Below, piece after piece: positions 30,740 to 41,242 of a stretch of 64,000 bases of DNA (positions are counted from its first letter, which is position 1; every line of letters begins with the position of its first letter). The stretch is from an uncultured Prochlorococcus sp. (GTDB lineage: Bacteria > Cyanobacteriota > Cyanobacteriia > PCC-6307 > Cyanobiaceae). The stretch spans positions 3,967-67,966 of the forward strand of contig CACFEJ010000004.1 in assembly GCA_902565305.1 (NCBI GenBank), written 5' to 3'. The notes beneath the pieces were generated by a model. That model worked only from the letters and a program-made list of their open reading frames with translations. It searched no databases and was not told where the DNA came from. The position numbers were made by a program, and so were the translations under genes.

Positions 30740-31975
30740 TTAGCAATATAAATCGCCTTTGACATATACTTTTCTCCTTAAATTAGTAGAAAAAACATCT
30801 GCCCATCTTTGTGCTTCTAAAATCACAAAGTCAGCAGGGCAACCCTTTTTAATTAAACCATCCCATTTTAAATTTAATAATCTGCTTGGAGCTAAAAAAA
30901 TAGAAGATAAAGTCATTCTCTCCCAGGGATTTAGTTGAAGCATAGGTATCGAGCAAGACAACATATAAAAAGGGTCAAAATTACCAAATGGGTACCAAGG
31001 GTCTTGAACGTTATCACTACCAAGAGATACATCCACATGTGATTTTTGTAATTGCTTTATTGGAGCAACTGGTCTTTTCAATGAAGTAGTTGTATTACTT
31101 CGATTGAGCAGCCAAAAATTTGTTAAGGGTAAGGCAATAACCCTAATATTTCTCTCAGCCATTTTTTCTCCTAAATTTAAAATCTCTCTATTACTTAAAG
31201 AAATAAGACTACTCAAATGACTACAAGTGATCGGAATACTATTAATTTTTAAATTTTCGATTGTTTCTAATAAAACTTTTATTCCCGCTCCAGGTTCAAT
31301 AATTGATTCATCTATATGCAAATCAATTTCTAATTTATATTTACTCGCAAGAAAAAGCATCTTTGCTAGAAATTTGCTTGTATTTTTTTTATTGAAAGGG
31401 GGTACAATAACACCTCCTAAAATGCCTCCATCAGAGGAAAATATTTTTGCCAAATCTTCTCCTTCAGTTGTATCCCAGAATTCCAATGGAGCTAGAGCAA
31501 CGTATTGTAAAATTAACTCAGATGAAAATTTTTTTTGTAATTTAAAAAGTTCAATCCAAATATCAATAGATTGACCTTTATATGTATCAATATGACTTCT
31601 AATTGCTCGGTATCCATTTTGTATGGCAAGTTTTAATGATTTCTCAACTCTTTCAAGTACCTTATCTGTAGTTCTAGTTTTATGTTCTTCAAGATTTACT
31701 GATAATGCTCCTCCATAATTTGATTCCAGATTAGGGAAGTCTGCCCATGTAAAAGATTTATCAAAATGCGAATGCGTTTCAACAAATCTTGGGAATAAAA
31801 TATTTTTTGGTTTTGTAATTTTATTTTTTAAAGGCTTTAACTCAGTAACAAATCCATCCTCCCAACTAATGGAAACTGAACATAAATCCTCTACATCGAT
31901 TATGAGGTTATCTATATCTTCTATTAAACAAAGGCTTCTGGGAATAAGAACCTCAGCTGTGCCGGAATTACTCAA
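30740..31975 (-). CDS. Cytosine-deaminase-like amidohydrolase
   Basis: HSHFDK, IRSHID, HIDE, SH and GSDNVQDPWYPFG metal-binding motifs. Confidence 0.88.
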   Translation of the reverse strand: MSNSGTAEVLIPRSLCLIEDIDNLIIDVEDLCSVSISWEDGFVTELKPLKNKITKPKNILFPRFVETHSHFDKSFTWADFPNLESNYGGALSVNLEEHKTRTTDKVLERVEKSLKLAIQNGYRAIRSHIDTYKGQSIDIWIELFKLQKKFSSELILQYVALAPLEFWDTTEGEDLAKIFSSDGGILGGVIVPPFNKKNTSKFLAKMLFLASKYKLEIDLHIDESIIEPGAGIKVLLETIENLKINSIPITCSHLSSLISLSNREILNLGEKMAERNIRVIALPLTNFWLLNRSNTTTSLKRPVAPIKQLQKSHVDVSLGSDNVQDPWYPFGNFDPFYMLSCSIPMLQLNPWERMTLSSIFLAPSRLLNLKWDGLIKKGCPADFVILEAQRWADVFSTNLRRKVYVKGDLYC

Positions 31976-32104
31976 ATTTCTAAATTTTTTTTTTATTTTA
32001 AATCATAAGAAAACTTTACTGAATTAGAAAATAATTCAAATTTCGCTAAAAGATCAAAATAACTATGAAAAATTACCCTTGAGTTGTTAAATTTATAAAT
32101 GTGA

Positions 32105-32178
32105 GGCGGGCGTCGCCAAGTGGTTAAGGCAGCGGCTTGTGGCGCCGCTATTCGGGGGTTCGAATCCCCTCGCTCGCC
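32105..32178 (+). tRNA. tRNA-His(GTG)
   Basis: G-1 followed by GCGGGCG/CGCTCGC acceptor stem, GCGGC-TT-GTG-GC-GCCGC anticodon arm, GGTTCGAATCC. Confidence 0.97.
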
Positions 32179-32250
32179 CTCAAAAATATTGCAGCAAAAT
32201 TATTTAACTTGTAATTTTGAATTAAAGAATCATAAAAAATTCCTAGCAAA

Positions 32251-33645
32251 GTGCTAACAAAAACAAAATCAGACGAAAAAAAATCTCAAAACAATTCAAC
32301 TAATGGCAGTTATTGGATAACCACATTTGGATGCCAAATGAACAAGGCTGATTCTGAGAGAATGGCTGGGACATTAGAGAAGATGGGATATACCAGAGCG
32401 GATAATGAATTAAATGCCGATTTGGTCTTGTACAATACATGCACCATAAGAGATAATGCGGAGCAAAAAGTTTATAGTTTTCTAGGAAGGCAAGCAAAAA
32501 GAAAGCACAAAACACCTAACTTAAAACTTGTTGTTGCAGGTTGTCTTGCTCAGCAAGAGGGAGAATCCTTATTAAGAAGAGTTCCAGAACTTGATCTTGT
32601 TATGGGGCCTCAACACGTAAATAATCTTGAGAATCTTCTGGGGAAAGTTGATTTAGGAAATCAAGTTGCTGCTACAGAAGAAACCTTCATTTCTGAAGAT
32701 ATAACAAGTGCCAGAAGAGAAAGCTCTATTTGTGGCTGGGTTAATATCATCTATGGATGTAATGAAAGATGTTCATATTGTGTAGTCCCCTCTGTCAGAG
32801 GAAAAGAGCAATCAAGATATCCAAATGCGATAAAAAATGAGATCCAAAAATTAGCTGATGATAATTTTAAAGAAATTACTCTTTTGGGTCAGAACATTGA
32901 TGCTTATGGTAGAGACCTTCCAGGAACTACAAAAGAGGGGAGAAAAGAGAATACCCTAACTGATCTTTTGTATTATATTCATGATGTTAAAGGAATTCGC
33001 AGAATAAGATTTGCTACTAGTCATCCAAGATATTTTTCAAAAAGGTTGATTCAAGCTTGTTATGAACTTGATAAAGTTTGTGAACATTTCCATATCCCCT
33101 TCCAAAGTGGAAATGATGAAATTTTAAAACAAATGTCCAGAGGATATTCTATTAAAAAGTATAAAAATATTATCGAGAACATAAGGTCATTAATGCCAGA
33201 TGCATCAATCACAGCTGACGCTATAGTTGCTTTCCCAGGAGAAACCGAACAACAATATCAAGATACATTAAAGCTAATATCAGAAATTGGCTTTGATCAG
33301 GTGAATACAGCAGCATACTCTCCAAGACCAAATACGCCTGCAGCAGTTTGGGCTAATCAACTTTCGGAAGAGGTAAAAAAAGCTAGATTACAGGAAATCA
33401 ATGATTTGGTCGAGAAAACTGCTAGGCATAGAAATCAAAGATATATCAATAATATCAAAAGCGTTTTAATTGAGGGTTTAAATCCAAAAAATTCCTCTCA
33501 AATCATGGGTAGAACTAGAACAAATAGATTAACTTTCGTAGAAATTCCCAAAAATATTAACTTTAATTTTTCGTTGGGAGATGAGATAAATGTAAAAATA
33601 AATGAAGCAAGACCTTTTTCTTTAACAGGAGAACTTTCTTTATAA
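32251..33645 (+). CDS. miaB: tRNA-2-methylthio-N6-isopentenyladenosine synthase
   Basis: [26 protein letters not shown] radical-SAM motif, TRAM domain. Confidence 0.96.
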   Translation: MLTKTKSDEKKSQNNSTNGSYWITTFGCQMNKADSERMAGTLEKMGYTRADNELNADLVLYNTCTIRDNAEQKVYSFLGRQAKRKHKTPNLKLVVAGCLAQQEGESLLRRVPELDLVMGPQHVNNLENLLGKVDLGNQVAATEETFISEDITSARRESSICGWVNIIYGCNERCSYCVVPSVRGKEQSRYPNAIKNEIQKLADDNFKEITLLGQNIDAYGRDLPGTTKEGRKENTLTDLLYYIHDVKGIRRIRFATSHPRYFSKRLIQACYELDKVCEHFHIPFQSGNDEILKQMSRGYSIKKYKNIIENIRSLMPDASITADAIVAFPGETEQQYQDTLKLISEIGFDQVNTAAYSPRPNTPAAVWANQLSEEVKKARLQEINDLVEKTARHRNQRYINNIKSVLIEGLNPKNSSQIMGRTRTNRLTFVEIPKNINFNFSLGDEINVKINEARPFSLTGELSL

Positions 33646-33658
33646 AATTTTTTTTTTA

Positions 33659-34726
33659 ATGACCGGGGGAAAGAAAAAATGTATTGGGTTAATATTTGGT
33701 GGGAATTCCAATGAACATGAAGTATCAATATCCTCTGCAAAAACAGTTTTTCAAGCATTTAATGCACAAATAAATAAAGAACGCTTTACAGTTAAAGCTT
33801 TTTACATAAACAAATATGGAGATTGGCTTGATAGTGATATTTCAGAAAAAATCCTAACTGGTGGAATTGAAAACAATAAAACAAATAAACAAGAAATTTT
33901 AGATCCAAAAAAAATTAACTTCCTTGACGGAATTGAATTTCAAAATGTTGATGTTTGGTTTCCTCTTTTACATGGATTTAATGGTGAAGACGGATCAATA
34001 CATGGCTTACTTAGATTTACAAAAAAACCTTTAGTCGGGTGTGGAATTATTGGCTCTGCACTTGGAATGGATAAAATATTGATGAAAACAATTTTCTCAA
34101 ATCTTAAACTTCCACAAGTTAATTATCTAGTTTTTCAAAATGTAGATCTAAACGATAAGCAAGTAAAAAATAAAATAATTAATGAAATTTTAAAAAAATT
34201 AAAATTTCCTGTTTTTGTTAAACCATCTAACTCTGGATCATCTCTTGGTATCTCCAAAGTCAAAAATGAATCAGAAATATTACAAGCATTAGAAAAGGCT
34301 CGGGGAATAGATCCAAGAATCTTAATAGAGGAAGGTTTAGAGGTAAGGGAGATTGAATGCGGAATAATTGGAAATTCAAAACTCTTAACCTCTGAGATAG
34401 GTGAGGTAAATTACGAAAGTGATTGGTATGATTACGATTCAAAATATCACTCAAATAATAAAATAATCATCCCAGCCGAAATAGATTCTAAAATCACAAA
34501 AGAAATTAAAGAAATTGCTATTAAAAGTTGTAAAGCACTAAATATTTTTGGTTTTGCAAGAGTAGATTTCTTTTTAGAAAAATCTTCAAATAAAATTTTG
34601 CTAAATGAAATAAATACAATTCCTGGTTTTACAAAAAACAGTATGTTTCCAATGCTTTGGGAAGCTTCAGGTTTAAAAATTGAAAAACTTGTGGCTAAAC
34701 TGGTAGATATATCTTTAGATTTGTAA
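33659..34726 (+). CDS. ddl: D-alanine--D-alanine ligase
   Basis: FGGNSNEHEVS, LHGFNGEDG, GSSLG, NEINTIPGFT. Confidence 0.96.
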   Translation: MTGGKKKCIGLIFGGNSNEHEVSISSAKTVFQAFNAQINKERFTVKAFYINKYGDWLDSDISEKILTGGIENNKTNKQEILDPKKINFLDGIEFQNVDVWFPLLHGFNGEDGSIHGLLRFTKKPLVGCGIIGSALGMDKILMKTIFSNLKLPQVNYLVFQNVDLNDKQVKNKIINEILKKLKFPVFVKPSNSGSSLGISKVKNESEILQALEKARGIDPRILIEEGLEVREIECGIIGNSKLLTSEIGEVNYESDWYDYDSKYHSNNKIIIPAEIDSKITKEIKEIAIKSCKALNIFGFARVDFFLEKSSNKILLNEINTIPGFTKNSMFPMLWEASGLKIEKLVAKLVDISLDL

Positions 34727-34736
34727 TTTAAATCAA

Positions 34737-35147
34737 ATGTTGCATGGACTACTTTGGTTACCATTACTTTTAATCTTCATTCTATTAACTGCACTTGGAT
34801 GGTTAGAAAGAAGAAGGCAAAATCTTTTTAGAAGTTGGGCGAGTGATTCTGAACTGTGCAAGTTAGATAGTTCAGGTGCAGCGTCTTTAAAAGATGGGGA
34901 GTTAAAGTGGAGTGCATTTGAAGCTGGTAAATTTGAAGAAAAAGATTGTTTTATAATCAAGAAACTGGAATTAGTTGAATTAATGGCACTAACTTCAGGA
35001 GAAGCTCCTCTAACAAGTGAATCTCAAGGTAAGTGCAGGTTGAGATTAGTAGGGGATGGTAAAGAAATGGATGTACCATTTTCAGATGCAGAGCAAGCTA
35101 GAGAATGGATGGACCAACTGATGGAAAAAGCTCGATGTGATTTGTGA
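34737..35147 (+). CDS. Conserved hypothetical protein with N-terminal membrane anchor
   Basis: MLHGLLWLPLLLIFILLTALGWLERRRQ; lies between ddl and ftsQ with a 4-nt overlap. Confidence 0.85.
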   Translation: MLHGLLWLPLLLIFILLTALGWLERRRQNLFRSWASDSELCKLDSSGAASLKDGELKWSAFEAGKFEEKDCFIIKKLELVELMALTSGEAPLTSESQGKCRLRLVGDGKEMDVPFSDAEQAREWMDQLMEKARCDL

Positions 35148-35869
35148 AAAACCAAAAAAGAATAAGAAATAGAAGCTTTTTTTTTCTAATTTCATTTTTA
35201 TTTTTAACAAGCTTATTAAGCATCAAAACTTTCAAAAAAGTAAATAGAAATGACATTAGAATATCTGGTAGTGAATTATTTTCGCAAAATGATGTGATAA
35301 AAAATTCGTCTTTAAATTTTCCGATCCGATTAATTTTTGTTGAAACTAATTTGTTAGAAAAAGAGTTAAAACAAAATTTATCTCTCAAGAATGTATCGGT
35401 AAACAGAGAATTATTTCCTTTTGGTTTGAAAGTTCATATTATTTCAAGAATTCCAATAGCTTACGGTGAGAGAATATTCAACGATGAAACAATATTAGGC
35501 TTCATTGATAAAGATGGAATTTTTATAAATAAACAAAATGTGGATGAAAAAAATTTAAAAAAATTAACCATACAAGTTTTTGGGTGGAAAGAAAAATTTA
35601 AAAAAATATTATCTGAAATTTTTATCGCTGTAGAAAATTATGAATTAGAGATAGTTAAAATAACTTTTTCATCCGATGGGTTTCTAACTGTAGAGGAAAA
35701 AGATTTAAAAACAATATTCTTAGGATTTAAGCCAAATTTAATCAACTATCAATTTCAAAAAATCAATAATCTTAAAAATGAATTTAAGAAAAATAGCTTT
35801 TCAAAAAAAATAGATAATATTGATCTTACTTATCCAGATAAACCAAAAATAAAAGTGTTCAAACCCTAA
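35144..35869 (+). CDS. ftsQ: Cell division protein FtsQ/DivIB
   Basis: Basic N-tail, TM segment, POTRA-like region (IRISG...VSVNRELFP), C-terminal IDLTYPDKP; directly upstream of ftsZ. Confidence 0.85.
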   Translation: MKNQKRIRNRSFFFLISFLFLTSLLSIKTFKKVNRNDIRISGSELFSQNDVIKNSSLNFPIRLIFVETNLLEKELKQNLSLKNVSVNRELFPFGLKVHIISRIPIAYGERIFNDETILGFIDKDGIFINKQNVDEKNLKKLTIQVFGWKEKFKKILSEIFIAVENYELEIVKITFSSDGFLTVEEKDLKTIFLGFKPNLINYQFQKINNLKNEFKKNSFSKKIDNIDLTYPDKPKIKVFKP

Positions 35870-36047
35870 TATTTGAAAAAGGATTTTGAGTAATCTTTTT
35901 TAATTATTGTAGTGTTGATATGGGTTTTGCATTCAAACAAAATATTTAATAAATAAATATTTTTGGGATTTTCCTCAACAAATTCCTACAGATGAGCTCA
36001 GTAAGTTCATAATGCACCCAATACTAGTATTAGATTCCTATTAAGAG

Positions 36048-37163
36048 ATGAGCTTCGGTAACAATCCAAACTTTGATCAATCGAGAGAAATCCTTCCAAG
36101 CCAAACCGCTAAAATTGAAGTTATTGGTGTAGGTGGTGGTGGCAGTAATGCAGTCAATAGAATGATAAATAGTGATTTAGATGGTGTTTCATTTAGAGTC
36201 CTTAATACCGATGCACAAGCCCTACTACAATCTTCTGCAGAGAGTAGAGTGCAACTTGGACAAAACCTCACTAGAGGTTTAGGTGCTGGTGGGAATCCAA
36301 GTATTGGGCAAAAAGCAGCCGAAGAATCCAAAGAAGAGCTTCAACAAGCTTTAGAGGGATCTGATCTAGTTTTTATAGCCGCTGGAATGGGCGGAGGAAC
36401 TGGTACTGGAGCGGCACCAGTTGTCGCAGAAGTAGCCAAACAAAGTGGGGCTTTAACAGTAGGTATAGTAACCAAACCATTTTCTTTTGAAGGGAAAAGA
36501 AGAATGCGTCAAGCAGAGGAGGGGATCGCAAGACTAGCTGAAAACGTTGATACCCTGATAGTTATTCCAAATGACCGATTAAAAGACGTTATCGCAGGAG
36601 CTCCTCTTCAAGAAGCATTTAGGAATGCTGATGATGTTCTAAGGATGGGTGTCAAAGGTATTAGTGACATAATTACTTGCCCAGGATTAGTTAATGTTGA
36701 TTTTGCAGACGTAAGATCAGTTATGACGGAAGCTGGCACTGCTCTTCTCGGAATAGGTATAGGTTCAGGAAGATCTAGAGCTCTAGAGGCAGCACAGGCA
36801 GCAATGAATAGTCCTTTATTAGAAGCAGCTAGAATTGATGGAGCTAAAGGCTGCGTTATAAATATTACTGGTGGCAAAGACATGACTTTAGAAGACATGA
36901 CCTCAGCATCTGAAATTATTTATGATGTTGTTGATCAAGAAGCAAATATTATTGTTGGTGCTGTGGTCGATGAGGCAATGGAAGGAGAGATACAAGTAAC
37001 TGTAATTGCTACAGGATTTGAAACAACCCAACCAATAAACCAGCAAAGAATAAAAAACAGATTATCTAATCAACCCTTATATAATTATTCCGACAATAAA
37101 GAATCAGGAGCCAGTATTCCTGAGTTTTTGAGATTAAGGCAAAATAAAAAAGATATAGGTTAA
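36048..37163 (+). CDS. ftsZ: Cell division protein FtsZ
   Basis: [24 protein letters not shown]-terminal IPEFLR. Confidence 0.99.
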   Translation: MSFGNNPNFDQSREILPSQTAKIEVIGVGGGGSNAVNRMINSDLDGVSFRVLNTDAQALLQSSAESRVQLGQNLTRGLGAGGNPSIGQKAAEESKEELQQALEGSDLVFIAAGMGGGTGTGAAPVVAEVAKQSGALTVGIVTKPFSFEGKRRMRQAEEGIARLAENVDTLIVIPNDRLKDVIAGAPLQEAFRNADDVLRMGVKGISDIITCPGLVNVDFADVRSVMTEAGTALLGIGIGSGRSRALEAAQAAMNSPLLEAARIDGAKGCVINITGGKDMTLEDMTSASEIIYDVVDQEANIIVGAVVDEAMEGEIQVTVIATGFETTQPINQQRIKNRLSNQPLYNYSDNKESGASIPEFLRLRQNKKDIG

Positions 37164-37176
37164 ACGGTAAAATAGA

Positions 37177-37273
37177 GTGACTCGGTTATCTCGCCTGCCT
37201 CAAGCATCCCTTGTGGCTGCTACCTTCCGGTCCTGACCAGGTTTAGGCGTTAAAACCGCGAAAGGCCGAGTCA
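37177..37273 (-). ncRNA. ffs: Bacterial small SRP RNA (4.5S)
   Basis: Minus strand contains the helix-8 motif GGTCAGGACCGGAAGGTAGCAGCC, closed by a TGACTCGG/CCGAGTCA terminal stem. Confidence 0.95.
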
Positions 37274-37319
37274 AAAACATACTAGCAATTCTTGATTAAA
37301 AAAGATACATAAATTTATT

Positions 37320-38093
37320 ATGTTACCTTCAGACCTAGTTAATTATAAAAAAAAATCTCGCAAAATCATTGCACTAACTGCTTGGGACTCCATATCAGGA
37401 TCTATTGCAGAACAAGCAAATGTTGATCTCGTACTAGTAGGAGATTCATTAGCAATGGTCTGCTTAGGATACAAATCGACACTGCCAATAACTTTAGAAA
37501 ATATAATTTATCATACTAATGCTGTTTCAAGAGGATTTAAGAAAAAAATTGAGGAACAACCTCTAGTTGTTTCAGATATGCCTTTTCTGACTTACCAATG
37601 TGGTGAGGATAAAGCTGTTGAGTATGCAGGGAGAATAATTCAGAGCACTTATGCAAAAGCTGTAAAAGTGGAAGGAGCTGAACCAGAAATACAAAAAGTT
37701 ATTTCTAGATTAATAAGAATGGGAATCCCTGTTATGGGTCATATAGGTCTTACACCACAAAGCTATCTAAATATTGGATTAAGAAAACAAGGCGAAAGCC
37801 TAGCAAGCCAAGAAAAAATTAAAAAAGAGGCTTCAATTCTTGAAGAATTAGGATGTTTTTCAATAGTTCTTGAACATATTCCTGATTTGCTTGCTAAAGA
37901 ATTACAAAATTCTTTAACGATTCCCACAATAGGAATAGGCGCAGGTAATTATTGCGATGGGCAAGTAAGAGTAACTGCAGATTTGTTAGGACTCAATGAT
38001 GATCAACCCCCATTTTGCCAACCAATTATCCTAGGAAAGAAATTATTTAAAGATAAATTAAAAGAATGGGTAGACTCTGAAAGACTTAGTTGA
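37320..38093 (+). CDS. panB: 3-methyl-2-oxobutanoate hydroxymethyltransferase
   Basis: LTAWD, LVGDSL, DMPF, VKVEG, GHIGLTPQ, DGQV. Confidence 0.96.
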   Translation: MLPSDLVNYKKKSRKIIALTAWDSISGSIAEQANVDLVLVGDSLAMVCLGYKSTLPITLENIIYHTNAVSRGFKKKIEEQPLVVSDMPFLTYQCGEDKAVEYAGRIIQSTYAKAVKVEGAEPEIQKVISRLIRMGIPVMGHIGLTPQSYLNIGLRKQGESLASQEKIKKEASILEELGCFSIVLEHIPDLLAKELQNSLTIPTIGIGAGNYCDGQVRVTADLLGLNDDQPPFCQPIILGKKLFKDKLKEWVDSERLS

Positions 38094-39309
38094 TCTTATC
38101 CCACCACTTAAACATAGAAACAAGAACTTGATTGCTAAGTTCCATGCCATCAGGCTCACTTAAAAAGAATCTATTCCCCTTTCTTAATAGTAGTCCACTT
38201 TCAAGAAATCTTTCCCATTCTTCAACCAATTTACTGAAGTTGCTTTCAAATTTTTTGTTTTCCCAGTTTTGTTCTTTAAACACTTCTTTGATATCTACAC
38301 CCTCTTTAAGTCTTAATCCCAACATTATTTTCTCATCAAGTTCTTTATAAACAAACTCCTTATTAGTTAGGGATGAATCTAAATTGAATTCGTCTTGTCT
38401 AGTTACCCATTCTTTGTATTCTTTACTAACTCTTGGTCGAGTAAACTTTTCCCCCCAAGGTGAACTAGTAGAACCTTGACCAAAACTCCACCAACCTAAA
38501 CCCCTCCAATAAACTCTATTATGTCTCGACTGATGTCGCGGAAGGCAATAGTTTGAGATTTCATATCTTGAATACCCTGAGTTTTTTAAAATTAAATGGG
38601 TTGATTCACTATTTCTAAAAGCTTCTTCATCACTTGGGAGTTTTAATTTACCTAAATTAATTAATTTTTTAAAAACAGTGCCATGTTCAATATTTAAATC
38701 GTAAATAGATAGATGAGGTGGTGAAAATGAAATTGCTTTTTTTAAGTCATCTTGCCATTCTTTAAATCCACTTAGTGGCAAGTTTTGAATTAAGTCTAAA
38801 CTCCAGCTTTTTATTAACCCAGAATCATATTCTCTCTTCAACCATAAACAAGATTTCTCTGCATCTTCTTTCAAATGACGCCTTCCCGACTTTTGAAGTA
38901 TCTGATTATTAAAACTTTGTACTCCAAGACTAAATCTATTTATCCCAGCATTTATGAATCCAAAAAGATCATCTTGAGTGAAACTTGCTGGATCAACCTC
39001 CATAGTGATTTCAGCACCATAGTCAATTCCATAATTTTCTTTAAAAAGATCAACTAATTCTTTGATTTGGGCAGGATCTAAAATTGAAGGTGTACCACCT
39101 CCTATATAAATTGTCGATAGAGGTGATTTATGCTTAATTGACAATATTTCTTTATATAAAAATTGCAAATACTCCTGAACAGTTTTGCTTCCATAACCTT
39201 TTAAAGTTTCAACTTCGTTTCCTAGTGGAATAACTGCAAAATCACAATAAAAACACCTTCTGTGGCAAAAAGGAATGTGCACATAAGCACTTCTTGGAAA
39301 CTTATTCAT
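38086..39309 (-). CDS. hemW: Radical SAM heme chaperone HemW (HemN-like)
   Basis: YVHIPFCHRRCFYCDF, GGGTPS, YEISNY, HNRVYW. Confidence 0.9.
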   Translation of the reverse strand: MNKFPRSAYVHIPFCHRRCFYCDFAVIPLGNEVETLKGYGSKTVQEYLQFLYKEILSIKHKSPLSTIYIGGGTPSILDPAQIKELVDLFKENYGIDYGAEITMEVDPASFTQDDLFGFINAGINRFSLGVQSFNNQILQKSGRRHLKEDAEKSCLWLKREYDSGLIKSWSLDLIQNLPLSGFKEWQDDLKKAISFSPPHLSIYDLNIEHGTVFKKLINLGKLKLPSDEEAFRNSESTHLILKNSGYSRYEISNYCLPRHQSRHNRVYWRGLGWWSFGQGSTSSPWGEKFTRPRVSKEYKEWVTRQDEFNLDSSLTNKEFVYKELDEKIMLGLRLKEGVDIKEVFKEQNWENKKFESNFSKLVEEWERFLESGLLLRKGNRFFLSEPDGMELSNQVLVSMFKWWDKIN

Positions 39310-39405
39310 AATCTAAATTCATTTTTAAGCTCCAAAAAAGTATTAAGGATCGAAAAAAATAAAATCCTTATTTACCTAATTAATAAATCCTAGTAGATTA
39401 TAGAT

Positions 39406-40515
39406 ATGACAGATATCTTAGTATTAATTTTATTTGTATTGTCTGGGGCTGCTTCAGGGTGGCTTGGTGTTGATTTATTGCCTGTAGACATACTCAAACA
39501 GGTATCGAATGTAGAAGGTTTTAGAATTGTTTTAGCAATAATTGGGTTTTTTGTAGGATTAGCAGCTGGTTTTGTATTCCTTCAACTTAGAAAGACTTTT
39601 CTTGATCAAATAAGAACAATGCCTACGGACTTACTAATAAGTAGGTCTGTTGGATTAATTTTAGGATTACTTGTTGCGAATCTCCTACTAGCGCCAATAC
39701 TATTAATTCCCTTCCCTAGAGAGGTTTTTTTCGCAAAACCATTAGCAGCAATATTAAGCAACATTTTCTTTGGTGTGCTTGGTTATAAGTTGGCAGATAC
39801 CCATGGAAGGACATTATTGAGATTATTCAATCCAAATAACACTGATGCATATCTAGTCAATGAAGGAATTCTCCCTGCTGCAAGTCCAAAAATTCTAGAT
39901 ACTAGCGTAATTATTGATGGAAGAATCAATGGTCTATTAAGTTGCGGCTTATTGGAAGGGCAATTAATTGTTGCTCAAAGTGTAATTGATGAATTACAAA
40001 CTTTAGCTGACTCTAGCAGTAATGAAAAAAGGTCGAAAGGCAGAAGAGGTCTCAAGTTATTAAAAGAATTAAGAGATTTATATGGGAGAAGACTTGTAAT
40101 AAACCCAACAAAGTATGAAGGTAATGGGGTAGATGAAAAACTCCTTAAAATTACTGAGGATATGACAGGAACTTTAATTACGGCTGATTATAATCTTTCT
40201 CAAATCGCTGAAGTTAAAGAATTAAAAGTTATGAATTTGAGTGATTTGGTTATTGCTTTAAGGCCAGAAGTACAACCAGGAGAATCACTTAATATAAAAA
40301 TCGTGAGAGAAGGCAAAGAAAAAATGCAAGGTATTGGATATTTAGATGATGGCACAATGGTTGTTATTGATGAGGCAAAGAATTTTGTTGGAAGCAGATT
40401 AGATATTGTCATCACAGGAGCATTACAAACTCCGACTGGAAGAATGGTCTTCGGAAAACTAATAAATAATCCTGAGTCAAACAAATCTTTTAAATCACCA
40501 GCGACACAGGGCTAA
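39406..40515 (+). CDS. Membrane PIN/TRAM domain protein (YacL-like)
   Basis: N-terminal TMs, ILDTSVIIDGR PIN motif, GIGYLDDGTMVV TRAM domain. Confidence 0.92.
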   Translation: MTDILVLILFVLSGAASGWLGVDLLPVDILKQVSNVEGFRIVLAIIGFFVGLAAGFVFLQLRKTFLDQIRTMPTDLLISRSVGLILGLLVANLLLAPILLIPFPREVFFAKPLAAILSNIFFGVLGYKLADTHGRTLLRLFNPNNTDAYLVNEGILPAASPKILDTSVIIDGRINGLLSCGLLEGQLIVAQSVIDELQTLADSSSNEKRSKGRRGLKLLKELRDLYGRRLVINPTKYEGNGVDEKLLKITEDMTGTLITADYNLSQIAEVKELKVMNLSDLVIALRPEVQPGESLNIKIVREGKEKMQGIGYLDDGTMVVIDEAKNFVGSRLDIVITGALQTPTGRMVFGKLINNPESNKSFKSPATQG

Positions 40516-40555
40516 ATCTAGCTAGAATCAGTTCAATCTTAATTTTGTGATACAA

Positions 40556-41218
40556 ATGACTGTATCTGCTCCTTATTACGGCGAAAACACCGTTATGAGG
40601 ACCCCGCCCCCAGATCTCCCCTCTCTTTTACTTAAAGAGAGGATAGTTTATCTTGGTTTACCATTATTTTCAGATGATGATGCGAAAAGACAACTAGGAA
40701 TGGATGTTACTGAGCTAATCATTGCTCAACTTCTTTATTTAGAGTTTGAGGATCCGGAAAAACCAATCTATTTCTATATCAATTCAACTGGGACAAGTTG
40801 GTACACCGGTGACGCAGTAGGTTTTGAAACAGAAGCTTTTGCTATCTGCGATACAATTAGCTATATTAAGCCTCCAGTACACACGATATGTATCGGACAA
40901 GCAATGGGGACTGCTGCAGTTATTCTTTCATCTGGAACTAAGGGACAAAGAGCCGCTCTTCCACATGCTTCTATTGTTTTGCATCAACCTATAAGCGGAG
41001 CAAGAGGTCAAGCAACCGATATCCAAATAAGAGCTGAAGAAGTTTTGAAAAATAAAAAATCAATGCTGGAGATTTTATCTCGTAATACTGGGAAGACCAT
41101 CGAAGAACTCTCAAAAGACTCTGACAGGATGAGTTATCTCAACCCACAAGAAGCCCTAGATTATGGAGTTATTGATAGAATACTCACAAGCCAAAAAGAT
41201 TTACCAAATAAAATTTAA
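40556..41218 (+). CDS. clpR: Non-catalytic Clp protease subunit ClpR
   Basis: TPPPDLPSLLLKERIVYLG; GQAMGTAA in place of the catalytic-Ser motif. Confidence 0.9.
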   Translation: MTVSAPYYGENTVMRTPPPDLPSLLLKERIVYLGLPLFSDDDAKRQLGMDVTELIIAQLLYLEFEDPEKPIYFYINSTGTSWYTGDAVGFETEAFAICDTISYIKPPVHTICIGQAMGTAAVILSSGTKGQRAALPHASIVLHQPISGARGQATDIQIRAEEVLKNKKSMLEILSRNTGKTIEELSKDSDRMSYLNPQEALDYGVIDRILTSQKDLPNKI

Positions 41219-41242
41219 CACTCACTACACTATTTTAAAATC

